From the NCBI GenBank assembly GCA_964658305.1, contig OZ210884.1:1488001-1552000 (forward strand): a DNA stretch of 64,000 nucleotides, written 5' to 3'. The stretch's first letter is position 1. Each line of letters begins with the position of its first letter. Positions 12,517 through 25,384 of this stretch are shown piece after piece. Origin of the DNA: Leptogorgia sarmentosa. Taxonomy: Eukaryota. The notes under the pieces were generated by a model. It was not told where the DNA came from. It did no database searches and saw only the letters and a program-made list of their open reading frames with translations. Both the position numbers and the translations under genes were made by a program.

Positions 12517-14629
12517 CTACATTTCACAGCATTTCAACTCTTCAATACAATGCAGAAAGTCGCAATTGGATCGATAAAGCCCAGTGATATAATGACCAGG
12601 TTTACTGCACGTCACCATTCCTTCTTGAGTCCAGTCAAAACTCGACCGCACGTTCTCGTTGTAACAGGATTTGTATGAGTTGGGAGCTCCACGAGGTTTG
12701 CAACACCACGCATACTCAATGTTGTGAAGGACGTAACCCTCAGAACGGTTGAGACCAGAAAGATAGTAACCTGTTGGACACAAATTCCAATGGTTTGTTC
12801 TAGAAATTTCATACAGAACGAATAAATTTCAAAAACATTATTACTATGTATTTTTGTATAAATAAAGCTGGTTAATATTTTCCTAAATTACCGTGGTTGC
12901 CATGTGTGTACATTGGCATTGTGAATCGGGCGCCACTGGGACAGAGCGAAAAAGGAGGTCGGATATTTCACAGTACAGATCAAACAAGGGAGGTCAATAA
13001 ACTGTTTATTATATGATGAATTGAGTATTTGGGCATATGCTTTTTGCGCGAATTAACATCGGCTTTCATCAGTTTCACTGGGTAACATTATACAGTGGAC
13101 ATACAGTACAGCTCAATATAAAAAAATTGGTTGTTTGTTGATCTTAACTTAAAAAGCAAATATCTTTCTGTTTGCGAAGCGAAATTTCCCGCAAGGACGA
13201 CGGTCCGGATATGGGTTTTTACGGACCGCTTGTCGACCAATCAGAATCGAGAATTTTGAAAAGTCATATAATAAAACCTGTTATTTTTTTCCGGTCCGTA
13301 ACTCCAGCCATACTTGCGATAGAGTAGCAAAGTAAACAAACCCAACTGATCTCAAATCTAGTTCGCAACACTGGAATTTCTTATGAGTTTTATTATAGCT
13401 TCGAGCAGAAAAAAAATAAATAAGTTATTTACCATTTAGTTCGGCCTTATTTACCTCGACAAAATATTTTCCAGTACGGACCTCCCAGTGTTATCAGTAA
13501 ACAATCATGGTTATTTCAAGAGTTATAGCTGTTATGGAGCATTGGGTCAGTTTAAGTTTAACAATATTCATTCTTCCTATCATCTTTGTGTAATTGATTA
13601 ATTATCAAGGCAATAACTTGAAGAAGCAAAGAATTTAATATTAATTCCTTGAGCAGGGGAAAAATCGATTTTCAATTTCCCTCTTATAGAAAAAAAACGA
13701 TCTCATTTAGATCAGATTAGACCAAAAATATCACCTGTCAAAACTGCTGAACCAGTCAGCTTGCACGCATTCGGCATGGGAAATTTCATTGTTACAACAT
13801 CTGACTTCTTTCATGTAATCTATAAAATCAAGGCTTCGATCGTAGGCTTTTATTCTGTACAGACCATTGATGTATGGAAATGCAAGCGGACAGTCCGACC
13901 AACCAGGGGAGTCAAAACTTATCCTCCAATCGGCAATTTGGCACGTTGCAGCAGCTGCAAAATAGTTAGCAAAGGAATTAGACAAAAATTGATAATGTTC
14001 TTAGAAACATAACGAAATTACTAATGTCTAGTTTACTGGTGGAAAAGCACATTGCTGTCAGAACCGATGGCAATGTCGTATATGCAGGTTCACGTACAAG
14101 GACAGACAACACGGTCCATGTTAAAGCGGCTTTTCCCCTCATGAACTATTAATAAACAATTATTGGATGAGGCTGAGCATGATATCAAGAATTATTCAGA
14201 CCGAGGTCAATGTTATCTTCCGAATCCAATAATTGTTTTATTATACATTTAAAAGAGTGTTCACTTTCATTCAGCGGAGCAAATCTGCTGCAGGCCATTG
14301 TTCGTTTGTTTGTTTTTTCGCGCGCTTTTAGCTTCAAGCTTTTGACAGCGCTGGGGCTTGGGCGCGAGAGAGTCCAATGATATTTTTTTTGGATGCAAGT
14401 TCGATCCAAAAAAATAATTATTGGACGCTGATGACGTCATCGGCGGAAAATACGTCATAAATACCGAATACTGAGAATTAGCCAGAATAAACGTTGGCCA
14501 CAGGTTTATTGCATTTGCATTTAATAAATCATGAGACTGATGCGAGCAAATAAATGCAATTTTATTTTTACCAGCGCAGTTCTGAAAGGCAAATCCTGCC
14601 AAGAGTATGATATTCATGAGCGTCAACAT
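12517..14629 (-). CDS. Secreted three-repeat cysteine-rich protein, copy A (186 aa; putative beta-prism lectin-like)
   Basis: Exons 14629-14572 (signal peptide MLTLMNIILLAGFAFQNCA), 13954-13735 and 12799-12517. GT-AG introns of phase 1 and 2 give a 561-nt open frame. AATAAA on the minus strand at 12419-12414. Confidence 0.9.
12930..13490. mobile_element. Non-autonomous repeat inserted in intron 2 of copy A
   Basis: Absent from intron 2 of all other copies. A related segment (GAGGTCAATAA..TTTATTATATG..GAATTGAGT) recurs at ~17360-17450. Boundaries approximate. Confidence 0.55.
14146..14490. mobile_element. Non-autonomous repeat inserted in intron 1 of copy A
   Basis: Absent from other copies. 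Internal inverted repeat AAACAATTATTGGAT..ATCCAATAATTGTTT. Boundaries approximate. Confidence 0.55.
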
Positions 14630-15379
14630 CTTGTTTTACTGCAGTCCTATTAAAATAAAAAACAAATTTTTTCAAGAAAAATGACTCAAGCAAACTGTTT
14701 AATGCGTTATAGTTTCAAGGGCGATGCCCATGGTTATTTTGATCGAATATTCAATACAATTGGTGGGTTTTTCAATGCAGGATGTTGTTACTGATGATTT
14801 GATGTGACAACATCCTGGACATTTTCCTATGAAAATAATTCGATCAGTACTGCGAGTCATTAATTCATCGCATCAGCTAAATAATTATTAGGTGAATAGT
14901 TGTAGGTATAATGGGATCCAGTGAAAACAAACTCTTACAATTCCTGGAGATAGTGAAACTATACAACTACGGAATGTCTTCTTATTATGGACTTGATACG
15001 TATTGGCAAGAAGTTGGCACGCTTTTCCTGGCCTAATACAGATGTATGCAAATTTCCCAAACTTTGACGCTTTGCCGCCATCCTTCCAGCATGAAGCCTT
15101 GAAGTTAGTAAATGGTGATTATAAATCAAAGATTATTAAGATTAGTAAGAGAAGTAAGTTCGTTCTGACGAACCCTGTATATATACTCACTATTGATGCA
15201 TTTGTATTCTACATTTTCTTACCGAAATTAAAAAATTGGGAATATTTGTTCTCTGTTATGTTATCTGGTATCGACTGTTTTTGATAGTCTGTGCATGAAA
15301 AGGAATATAATATTATGATTACATGAATATTGCCTCTCGATCCACGTTGCTGACTATAAACAGCAGAAAAAATTAAAAA

Positions 15380-15800
15380 ACCTGGACTTTTAAATCACGA
15401 ACTTGTGAAACATGGATTTATATGACATGCAATGGACTTGAAAGCATGGACATATAAAACATGAAATAACAAAAGATGGAATTTGAAAGACGGACTTGTA
15501 AAACATTAACATCTAAACAATGGAGTTATAAAACTCGGACTTTGTAAAGCATGCACATACAATAAGACATAGGATTATAATACATCGACTATAAAATCAT
15601 GGACTTGTAAAGCATGGACACACAATCAGACAGAATTTTAAAAGATGGACTTTAAAAACATGGACTTGTAATGCATGGACATATAAATTTATGGAATCAT
15701 ATTAAACATGCATGGACTTGTTTGCATGGACACACAATAAGACAGAACTATAAAAGATGGACTTTGAAAACATGGACTTGTAAAGCATGGAAATAAAAGC
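15380..15800. repeat. Degenerate ~15-bp tandem repeat (CATGGACTTGTAAA-like) upstream of the gene
   Basis: Many imperfect copies. Reverse-complement versions lie at ~19020-19420, ~35520-35790 and ~52010-52290, and the tract is shortened in the C/D/F/G units. Confidence 0.7.
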
Positions 15801-18611
15801 ATCGGAAGTTTAGTTTTTAATCTGTCAATATTTAACTGGACTTTAAGGTGTGGGCACAAGTATTCGGGAACAAAATTTTTCACCATGTTGAATATTCCGC
15901 GAAAATGACACGCATGAACAAAGGCTACTATAACGTGGCCGTGCGTGCTCAGCAGAGGAACATGCTTATGGCAATGGTGAATTTTTTATCAGCAGATGCA
16001 GTACTATTAGTTTCGCTTTAAGCAGTGTACATAATTATAGTTTAAGATTCAATTCGCTTAGGTAAATTAGAAACTCTAATGTTTGTAGCTAAACAAGCCT
16101 CTGTACAATAACTTCCTCCCACGTAAATCCTTGCAGCTTTCGAAAAGCTGAAATCTTGCTTAGCTCGAAGGTATTGGAAAATGCGCGGATGCACTTCCTT
16201 GAGCATTGCTAAACTATAACGATATCGAGCTAGAGCAATGTTGAGCCTATATACGTTAATACGGACGTACATGTATATAGAAGCACCATACATGTATTAC
16301 ACATAGTATTATAGAGAAAATCGTCTATTTTCAACTTACCTTTGAGAACTCCTCGCCTTTCCCTATCTGGCAACAATATAAAGTCCTCCAGGATAAATGA
16401 TCAATTTTTAAAGCATGGGTGAATGAAGAAACGCAACACTGGACTTGTACCTGATTGGACAATGCAGTCACCATTTGTAAGCACTTCAAAATGCCAGAAG
16501 GCAGAATGATAATTTATCTTAACCAGATAACAAACAACGTTAACGCGTTTCCGCACTTGATTCTTTGTTTCCCACTGCCAACAAGACAGTCTATGTATAT
16601 CATTATAATTTACGAAAGGGACTATTGAATAGTGTGATTGTTATTGCGACAGCAGACTGAATTATGAGTGTCAAACTCAAATGATTTTGAGATACGATGT
16701 TTTTTTGCCGACAAATTCTGAAAGGTTTCAAAATTTCGTAAGAAAGTTTCTATCAAGAAATACCAAATTTTCATTAGGAAAAATTTTTTTTGGTGCGGCC
16801 AACGACGACTAGGCCTTAGTTAGTACTTCATTTAAATTTGTGCTATACTGGTTTTCCTGAAGAACTCGAGGGGATGTTAGTCACGAGCATAGACAATCAA
16901 AACATAGGCGTCCGGGCTACATTTTTTCAGAATATGGAGGAGCGAGTCTCACGAGTTTCGCCGAGCGCGAAATATTTGCACAATAACTCTAGATTGCCAG
17001 AAATGCCAATTTCAGAGTACCAACTAAACTTTCTTGGTAGGCTTCGATCCCTCAGGTGAACAAATGAATGATTGTTCACATTACCTTATTCCTCAGATTT
17101 TTGGGGGAGTTTTGCGGGAGAAAAATTGGCCGAATTTTCGGCCTTGAAAATTTCTGCGGTAGTGTGATTCTAATTATCGCAAGAGAAGTTAAATGAATTT
17201 TGCACCGCATTAAAGAGTTCACGCCACGTACTGTTTAGTGGATTACCCCCTATTGGTATAATTTTATCTTCACTTGCAAACTTTCAACAGAAAGAATTAA
17301 AAAATACTTCCGTTGTAGCCCAACGAAAACGGCCCATGTTAAATGAAAGCATTTAACGAACAAGCGAGGTCAATAATCCGTTTATTATATGGCTGAATTG
17401 AGTCTTTGAGCATAAGAATTACACGCTTTTAATCAGTTTCGCTGGGTAACAGTACGGCAGACCGCAGACATACATGCTCAATTTGCATGTTTGAAAGTTT
17501 TTTAAATTGGACAATTAAAGAGTAGAAATCTTTTCTGGTTGTACTCGGCGCCAACCACCGTGGCGTCTTGTGAGACCCGCTCCTCAAGATCCCCCCCCCT
17601 CCTAGAATAATGTAGCCCGTATGCCTATGCCTTGATTGTCTATGCTGGTGATTTACATCTTTTAGAGTTCTTCTCAAGTAACAGTAAAGCCCAGAATGAA
17701 GTACTAACTAAGGAGTATTCTGTGGGCCACATCAACAAACGTTTTTGCTAATAAAAATTTGTATTTTGTGATAGAAACTTTCTTGCGAAAATTTAAAACC
17801 TTTCAGAACTTGTCGGCAAAAAACATCGTGTCTCAAAATAACTTGACTCTCATAGGGACTTTACATAATTCAGTTGGCTATCGCAATAACAATCGCAATA
17901 TTCAATAGTCTCATTCGTAAATTATAATGATATACTGTCCTGTTGACAGTGGCAAACCAAGAATCACGTTCGGAAATCCGTTGTTTCTTATGAGCTTAAA
18001 ATAAATTATCATTCTGGCATTCTCAAGTGCTGCACTTATGATGACAGCATTGTTCAATCAGGTACAAGATCAGTCTTGCGTTTCTTCATTCACCCATGCT
18101 TCAAAATTGATCATTTATCCTGGAGGACTTTATTGTTGTCAGATAGGGAAACGCGAAGAGTTCTCACAGGTAAGTTGAAATTAGACGATTTTCTCTATAA
18201 TACATTATTTCACATGCTACAAATTTTCTATGTGCAATATGGCTCCTCAAAATACATGTACGTCCGTATTAACGTATAGCTCTCAACTTTGCGCTCGATA
18301 TCGTTATTGTTTAGTAATGCTGAAGGAGGTGCATCCGCGCATTTTCTAGTATCTTCGAGTTAAGCAAGATTTCAGTTTTCAAGATTTCGAAAGCTGAAAG
18401 ATTTTACGTGGGAGGAAGTTATTCTACAGAGGATTGTTTAGCGACAAACAGTAGAGCCTCTGGCTTGACTAAACGAGTTGAATCTTAAGCTATAGTTATG
18501 TACACTGCTTAAAGCGAAACTACTGTGTTTCTGCAAATAAAAAATTCACCATTGGAATAAACATGTGTTCCTCCACTGTGCGCGCGCGGCGACGCTATGT
18601 AGCCTTGTTCA

Positions 18612-18890
18612 CATAGGCGTACGAGGCGGGGGGCAAGGGGGGCAACTGCCCCCCCCCCCCCCCCAAAAAAATTCAAATTGGAAAATTCGGGCACTGATTT
18701 CGAGAATAATTCGGGAGAAAATCTGAAGAATAAGGTAATGTCAACAATCCTCCAGTCGTTCACCTGAACGAGCGTACCAAGAAAGTGGAGTTAGGACACT
18801 GAAATCGCCGTATCCGGCAATCCTGAGGTTGTAAAAGTTCAAAAATTTCTCGTCGGCGCCAAGCATGGTGGCGCAGCCCGTACGCTTATG
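18612..18890. mobile_element. MITE with CATAGGCGTACG...CGTACGCTTATG termini
   Basis: 12-bp near-perfect TIR. Empty site GCCTTTGTTCATGCGTGTC at ~35378 and ~51885. The interior matches an older copy embedded in the units (e.g. 11733-12067, 50542-50877). Confidence 0.75.
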
Positions 18891-20658
18891 TAATTGGTCA
18901 TGCGTGTCAATTTCTCGGAATATTCAACATGGTGGAAAATTTTGTTCGCGAATATCTGTGTCCACACCTTAAACTCCGATTAAATATTGACAGATTAAAA
19001 ACTTAATTTCCGTTGCTTTAATTTCCATGTTTTACAAATACATGTTTTCAAAGTCCATCTTTAATAATTCTGTCTTATTGTAGTGCATCCTTTATAATTC
19101 CATGATTTATTTAATTTGTCCATGCTTAATTTTCAAGTCCATTTTTTTAAAGTCCATGTATTATAATTCTATGTCTTACTGTATGTGCATGCTATACAAT
19201 GTCCGAGTTTTATAACTGCATTGTTTAGATGTTAATGTTTTACAAGGCCGTCTTTCAAATTCCATCTTTTCTTATTTCATGTTTTATATGTCCATGCTTT
19301 ACAAGTACGTGTTTCAAATATCCAGGTTTTATAAGTCCTTGTTTTATACGTTCATCCTTTCCAAGTCCATTGCATGTTATATAAATCCATGTTTCGCAAG
19401 TTCGTGTTCCAGGTTTTTTAAGATTTTCTGCTGTGCTGTTTATTGTCTTCAAATTGGATCGAGAGGCAATATTCATGTAATCATAATATATTCCTTTTCA
19501 CAAACTAGCAATAACAGTCGATACCAAAGGAAGCTAACATATAACGGAGAACAAATATTCCAAATTTTTTAAATTTCGGTAAGAAAATGTAGTCAATACG
19601 AATGCTTCAATAGTGAGTATATATACAGGGTGTATCAAAAAAAGGTTTACTGATGAAAAACACTCTCTAAACTAACGAGCGTTCAAAATTTCCGACCACT
19701 TTCGGTTAGCATGGGTAGTTTAACACCCTCTGGTATATCTACCACTAAGTTTATTTTAAAAACAAACTTTTTTACAATTGGAAGTGTGGTTACTGAAAGG
19801 CTTAAAAATGGCTTGCGCGCAAAAAATAAGTTTTCCTCACACAGATTGATTTGATCGGATGAAAATATGGAGTATGATATGCAAGCTATTCAAGTTTTGA
19901 GAAACTTGGTGCGCGCTGATACGAACGTACGATGTCTGAAAACTGGATTTTGCGTTCTTTCCTGCGTGATTACCGATTAAGTTACGCATAATTGATAGTT
20001 GCATTAATTACCAATGCAAATTGAAAGCTAATTCTCAAAGGTTCGTAATTACGCGAAGAAATTGCGGAAAATCCAGTTTTCGTTTTTCAAGGCCAAAAAT
20101 ACAGCTAAAACTAAACAAAATCGAGTAGGTCTGATTAAGCATGCTGCCAATTTTTATCATCAGTAATCACCATTTAACTTCGAGGCTTCATGTTGCAAGG
20201 ATTGTACCAAAGCGCTAAAGTTTGGGAAATTTGCATATATCTGTATTAGGCCGGGAAAACCGTGCCGAGCTAGATCCTGCCAATACGTATCAAGTCCATA
20301 ATAATAAGATATTACGTAGCAGATGTTTTGTATAGTTTCATTATTTACAGGAATTAGTAATGCCCAATATACCTATAACTATACACGTAATAATTATTTA
20401 GCTGATGCGATGAATGACTCCCAGAACTGATCGAAATATTTTCATAGGAAAATGTCTAGGATGTTTACACATCAAATCATCAGTATCAACATCCTGCATT
20501 GAAAAACCCACTAATAAAATTTAAATTGTATTGAATATTGCATCAATATAACCATGTGCCTCGCCCTTGAAACTATATAGCGCATTAAACCGTTTGCTTG
20601 AGTCATTTTTCTTGAAAAAAATTATCTTTATAATTTTATAGGACTGCAGTAAAGCAAA

Positions 20659-22082
20659 ATGTTGACGCTCATGAATATCATACTCTTGGCAGGGTTTGCC
20701 TTTCAGAACTGTGTTGGTAAAAAATAACACTGCATTCATTTGCTCTCATGATTTATTAAATGCAGATGCAATAAACATTGTGGCCAACGTTTATTTTCCT
20801 TCACTTTGTGACATTGAAGAGTCTGCATGCAGTATTTATGTTTTGCTTAGTCGGAGCAGGAGTCAAACCAAGCAACGCATTTTGTCTGTACAACCTAGAG
20901 TTGTGTCACTCTAGCTTTCGAGCTGTAATAAAATTAGCGAAATGAAACATGAGTAGCGTGGGACATTTTGTCTCGCTCCCCTACCCCTACGTACTGCTAC
21001 ATTGAAAGACTTTATATTCTGTAGTCCTTGAATAACTTGAAAAATTCCATTACTAACCATTTTGCAGCAGATGCAACGTGCCAAAATGCAAATTGGTCGA
21101 CAAGTTTTGACCGACCTGGTTGGTCAGACTGTCCTTGTGCATTTCCATACATGAAAGGTCTGAAAAGAAGAAAATCCACGCAGAGTTATTTTGATTTTGA
21201 TTACATATATCATTTGGAAGGAGTCAGATGTTGCAACAATGGAAGTTCACCTGTCCAATGCGTGCAAGCTGATTGGACAAGAAGTTTTGACAGGTGATTG
21301 GCCTATCCTTGCTGATATAAATAAGATTGGGGTTTTTTTATTAGAGGGAAATTGAAAGTCCACTTTTCCCTTTCTCCTGGAATTAATTATTAATGTTAAA
21401 ATATTAAACGGAAAAGAACAAGAAATAAGATATTGTTGAACGGAAACTTCCAAATGCTGCTATAATAGATAACTCGTCAACAAACCATCATTGTTTACTG
21501 ATATGACACTTTTGAAAACTAGGATGTTAAAATTTCAGGTTTACATCAAAATTTAAGTTGAAATTTTAACTTTCTAACAATTATTTAATATGTTTTAGTT
21601 AATCAAATGTTTATGATTTCGTGAATATTTTCGCGATGATGTGATGTAAAGTCTAATTGATTGATTGTCCTCAACATGGGAATATATAAGGAATAGTTTA
21701 TCCATTTAGGTGTAGAAACTGCACGTAATCGATACACACATGGCAACCACGAAAATTTTGAAAATTTGAAATTTATCCGTTCTGTATATGATTTTTTAGG
21801 ACAAGCAACTGGAATTTGTGTCCAACAGGTTACTATCTTTCCGGTCTCGACCGTTCAACGGGTAACTACCTTCACAACATTGAGCATGCGTGGTGTTGCA
21901 AACCTCGTGGAGCTCCCAACTCATACAAATCCTGTTACAACGAGAACGTGTGGTCGAGTTTTGACTGGACTCAAAATGGAACGGTGACGTGTACTAAACC
22001 TGGTCATTATATCACTGGGCTTTATCGATCCTCCTGCGACTATCTGTATTGTATTGAAGAGTTGAAATGCTGTGAAATGTAG
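20659..22082 (+). CDS. Secreted three-repeat cysteine-rich protein, copy B (188 aa)
   Basis: Exons 20659-20716, 21068-21293 and 21800-22082; GT-AG introns; 567-nt open frame; AATAAA at 22201-22206. Confidence 0.92.
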
Positions 22083-22574
22083 ACAGCTGCAGCATATAAA
22101 TCTAACGTATACGATTTTGAACTTTCCTATACTATTTTTCTATGCTATGATTTTTTTCTTTCTGTAAACTTGTGTGTCCATTGCTGTCTGACCAGTATGA
22201 AATAAAGTAGACTGTCTATCAAAGAGATTGTGCATTTGTTAGTTTGATATTGTCAGTTTTATTAAATCTGCATGGGGAACTAAAGGGACACAAATTATTG
22301 AATTATTGACATCACTTTCATGCGTCGCTATAGCTTGCGTGACCCGTTCTAGAAACTTTGCTTTTGGAAAAGCATTATTCCACCATAGTTGATAAAATAT
22401 TATCTTTCTTAGACAATAATAGCATGTGAATAATACGATGGAAATCGATATCCTCTTATTCCTCTAATACTTCCTATATGAAGTATTCCAATTCCAAAGC
22501 ATAAGTATTTCAGATCGAATATGTATTACACAACCAAAGAGCTATTTATCGCGCGCGCGCAAAACAAGTGAAAT

Positions 22575-23100
22575 AAATTCTGCACATTAAAGAGTGCACA
22601 CAACGTACTGTCTAGTGGATTACCCTCTTGATAGTGCACACAACGTACTGTCTAGTGGATTACCCTCTTGACCTATTGTGTTGTGTTTTTCAATGTCAAT
22701 TGAAAACTTTACGATTTTGTTATCAATTGCTAAAATGTTTGCTTTATGCCTTCATCCCATTTTATACGATGGTCATGAGTCCAAGCATGTTTAGCAACAG
22801 CTGATTTATTTAGCTTAGCTTTCTGGCAATTTGTCTTGTGCTCTTTAACACGTTTAGGGAGATTTATGCAAGTTTCACATACGTGTGTGAAGCAAAGAAA
22901 GCTCACAAGTAATACAGTATACACCAGGTTTCCGCGATGCATCTACGCGCTATCCTGGTGTGTGCAAAGAGATCAAAACAATTTGTGTTGACTGATTTTG
23001 TGTGAAGCCGGTCCAATATATGGAAGACAGACTGAAGACTGATATTCAGTCTTCTGTTGAGCTCGTCGTGGCATATTCATGGCTTTGTCTATGAATTGCG
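22575..23100 (-). mobile_element. Penelope-like retroelement 3' fragment (GIY-YIG endonuclease remnant)
   Basis: NLPKRVKEHKTNCQKAKLNKSAVAKHAWTHDHRIKWDE matches the Penelope GIY-YIG C-terminal pattern; frameshifted. Confidence 0.8.
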
Positions 23101-25102
23101 GAGGAGAAACAAAATTATATTCATAAAATTAGTTGGTGTAAACTACCATGTAAATAATAAAAATATTTTTGATGACCTCGACCGTCGACCGAGATTTAAT
23201 TTTTTTACTATGTCATCATCACGATCAAAGGGCTTAAAGAGAGGGGTTGCGAATTAATCTCGAGCGTATATCCGTTCCATGTGATGTGTCTGAAATATAT
23301 TAACATCACTAAGAGTGACTGCCATCCTTCGAGATCTTCGGGAATAACAGTATAGCCAAAATTATGGCGAATTGTTTCATGTTAACTGTTGTATTGTTTT
23401 TTCATTTCTATATCTTGCAACTCTCACATTTGCAATTCCTGTCTTTTATTTGTTCTTTTTATGAATTCAAACGATTGATTAGTAGTCTTAATAGAGACCG
23501 GTTTTATTTAAATTTACTCTATAGAAGCTAAGTGAGATGCATGAATTATTGGCACGGCAAATAAAGATTTTTTTTCTTGCAAGTAGTAACATCTCATATA
23601 GCAGATGGAGGGGTTACTAATTAATCTCGCGCGTATATCCGTTGCATGTGATGTGCTTGAAATATATTAATATCACTCGGAGTGACTGCCAACCTCTCGC
23701 GATCTTCGGGAATAACAGTATAGCCCAAAATTATGTCGAATTGTTTCACGTTAACTATTGTATTTCTTTTTCATTTCTATACCTTCAAGTCTCACATTTG
23801 CAATTCCTATCTTTTAGTGGTTCTTTGATGAAGTCAAACGATTGTTTTAGTAGACTTAATAGAGAGGTCTGCATTTAAATTTCTTTATTAGCTATATAAG
23901 TGAGATGCATGAATTATTGGCAAGGTCAGCTAGAGGTTTATATTAACGTAACAGCTCATATGACAGAGGGAGGGGATTGCGAATTAATCTCGAGCGTATA
24001 TCCGTTGCATGTGATGTGCTTGAATTATATATTCACATCGCTAGCATGCGTCCCTATAGCTTACATGATCCGTTCTACACACTGTGCGTTTGTTTTCATT
24101 ATTTATTCGACCACACGAGATTCCGAAAGTGTAAATGGTGAGTTAATCTCGAGCGTATATCCATTACTTTTTGCTCAGATATGTTAACATCACTAAAAAC
24201 CGTTGCGAAGCTGTGGTTATAGGGAAAAGGGTGGGGGGAGGGGTGGGGGGGGGGGGGGTAGTGATGTTATTACCAGAAAATAGAACTACCATAAAAAATT
24301 ACCTGAAGAAAATTCCCGCAGGCATTGCCCCCTTTGTCTATAAATGACATGTAGTGCAATAGGTATTCTCTACTTGAGCTGGGGCGCAGTACGAGTTGGT
24401 TCCTTTGGAGGCCACGAGGAGTCACCATGGTTGGCGCGCCCTGACATCATTCGAAACATAGACAAAGAAATTGCCTGAAAACGCAGACTTACACTGCACG
24501 ACATCCGCGATACGCTTTATTTCGAACCCTGTAACTTCACTCTAAATGCACTTCAAGACTCCGTAGACAAGAAAAGCAATATCTAGTCCACTATCGACTT
24601 TTCAAACTTCTTCTGTGATAAACAAGACCAAAAATTGCTGGGCGTCGAATGTTCTGATAAATAGATCATTTACAACAACAATTGCTTTTGAAAACCGTGT
24701 CTGTTTCTAGCTTTTCCATATTCCAAAGAAAATTTAAAAGTCAATAGGGGATTAGATATTGCTGTCCTTGTTTAAAACATGTAACCACAATGTTACAGGG
24801 TTCGAAAGTAAAGCGCATCAGGCCGTATCACGGATGTGGCGTCAGCAGCGTTAGTGCTTTTGCGTGCGTTTCCAGTCCATTCCTTTGATTCATATCCCTA
24901 CGAGCCTGGAGGGAAGGGGGCAACTTCCCCCGCAGAAAGGAAGCCCGAAAATTCGTGCAAATTTTCTATAACGTCAACAATCCTTCATTTCTTCCCCTGA
25001 GCGAGCATAACAAGAAAGTGTAGTTAGTACTATAGCTGAAATAGCTGTTTTCGGCAATCTAGAGGTTCTAAATTAATGTTCAAAATTTTCACGCTAGGCG
25101 CC

Positions 25103-25384
25103 GCTAATTTCGGTCACTTCATTATATTACATGAACAGCAGTAGCATTAGATTATCCCCATCCAATAGTCCTTCCTTATTTTTGTCGACCTTTATTTTCA
25201 AGCTTTAATTTTGCCAAAGATTTTTCAACCATTTATTTTCAAAATACGCATATTATTTTGTCAATGTTTAAAGTTAGGGTTAGGATTAGGGATTAGGATT
25301 AGGGTTTGGGTTAGTGTTAAGCACTGTTGAGGCGCTGAATACGAGTAAGTGAGGTGTCCGACCGTCGACGGAATCGAAATTTGC
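25103..25384. mobile_element. MITE carrying TTAGGG-like repeats (copy 1 of 3)
   Basis: Same insertion as 40523-40831, with part of the left TIR deleted. Confidence 0.65.

Noticed and set aside
19627..20125. Complete Tc1/mariner MITE upstream of copy B
   Set aside because: The segment is private to B and begins TA-CAGGGTGTATCAAAAAAAGG, but no matching second TIR is visible, so it could not be delimited.
21766..21987. Alternative-frame ORFs over exon 3 (..GICVQQVTIF..)
   Set aside because: Shadow frame of the real exon; the splice phase from exon 2 selects the WNLCPTGYY frame.
22593..22671. 40-bp direct duplication as a functional repeat
   Set aside because: A simple slippage duplicate within the Penelope fragment, absent from the otherwise near-identical F flank.
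25273..25320. TTAGGG tracts as a telomere or fusion site
   Set aside because: Only a few degenerate units, internal to a TIR-bounded insertion repeated in three spacers.
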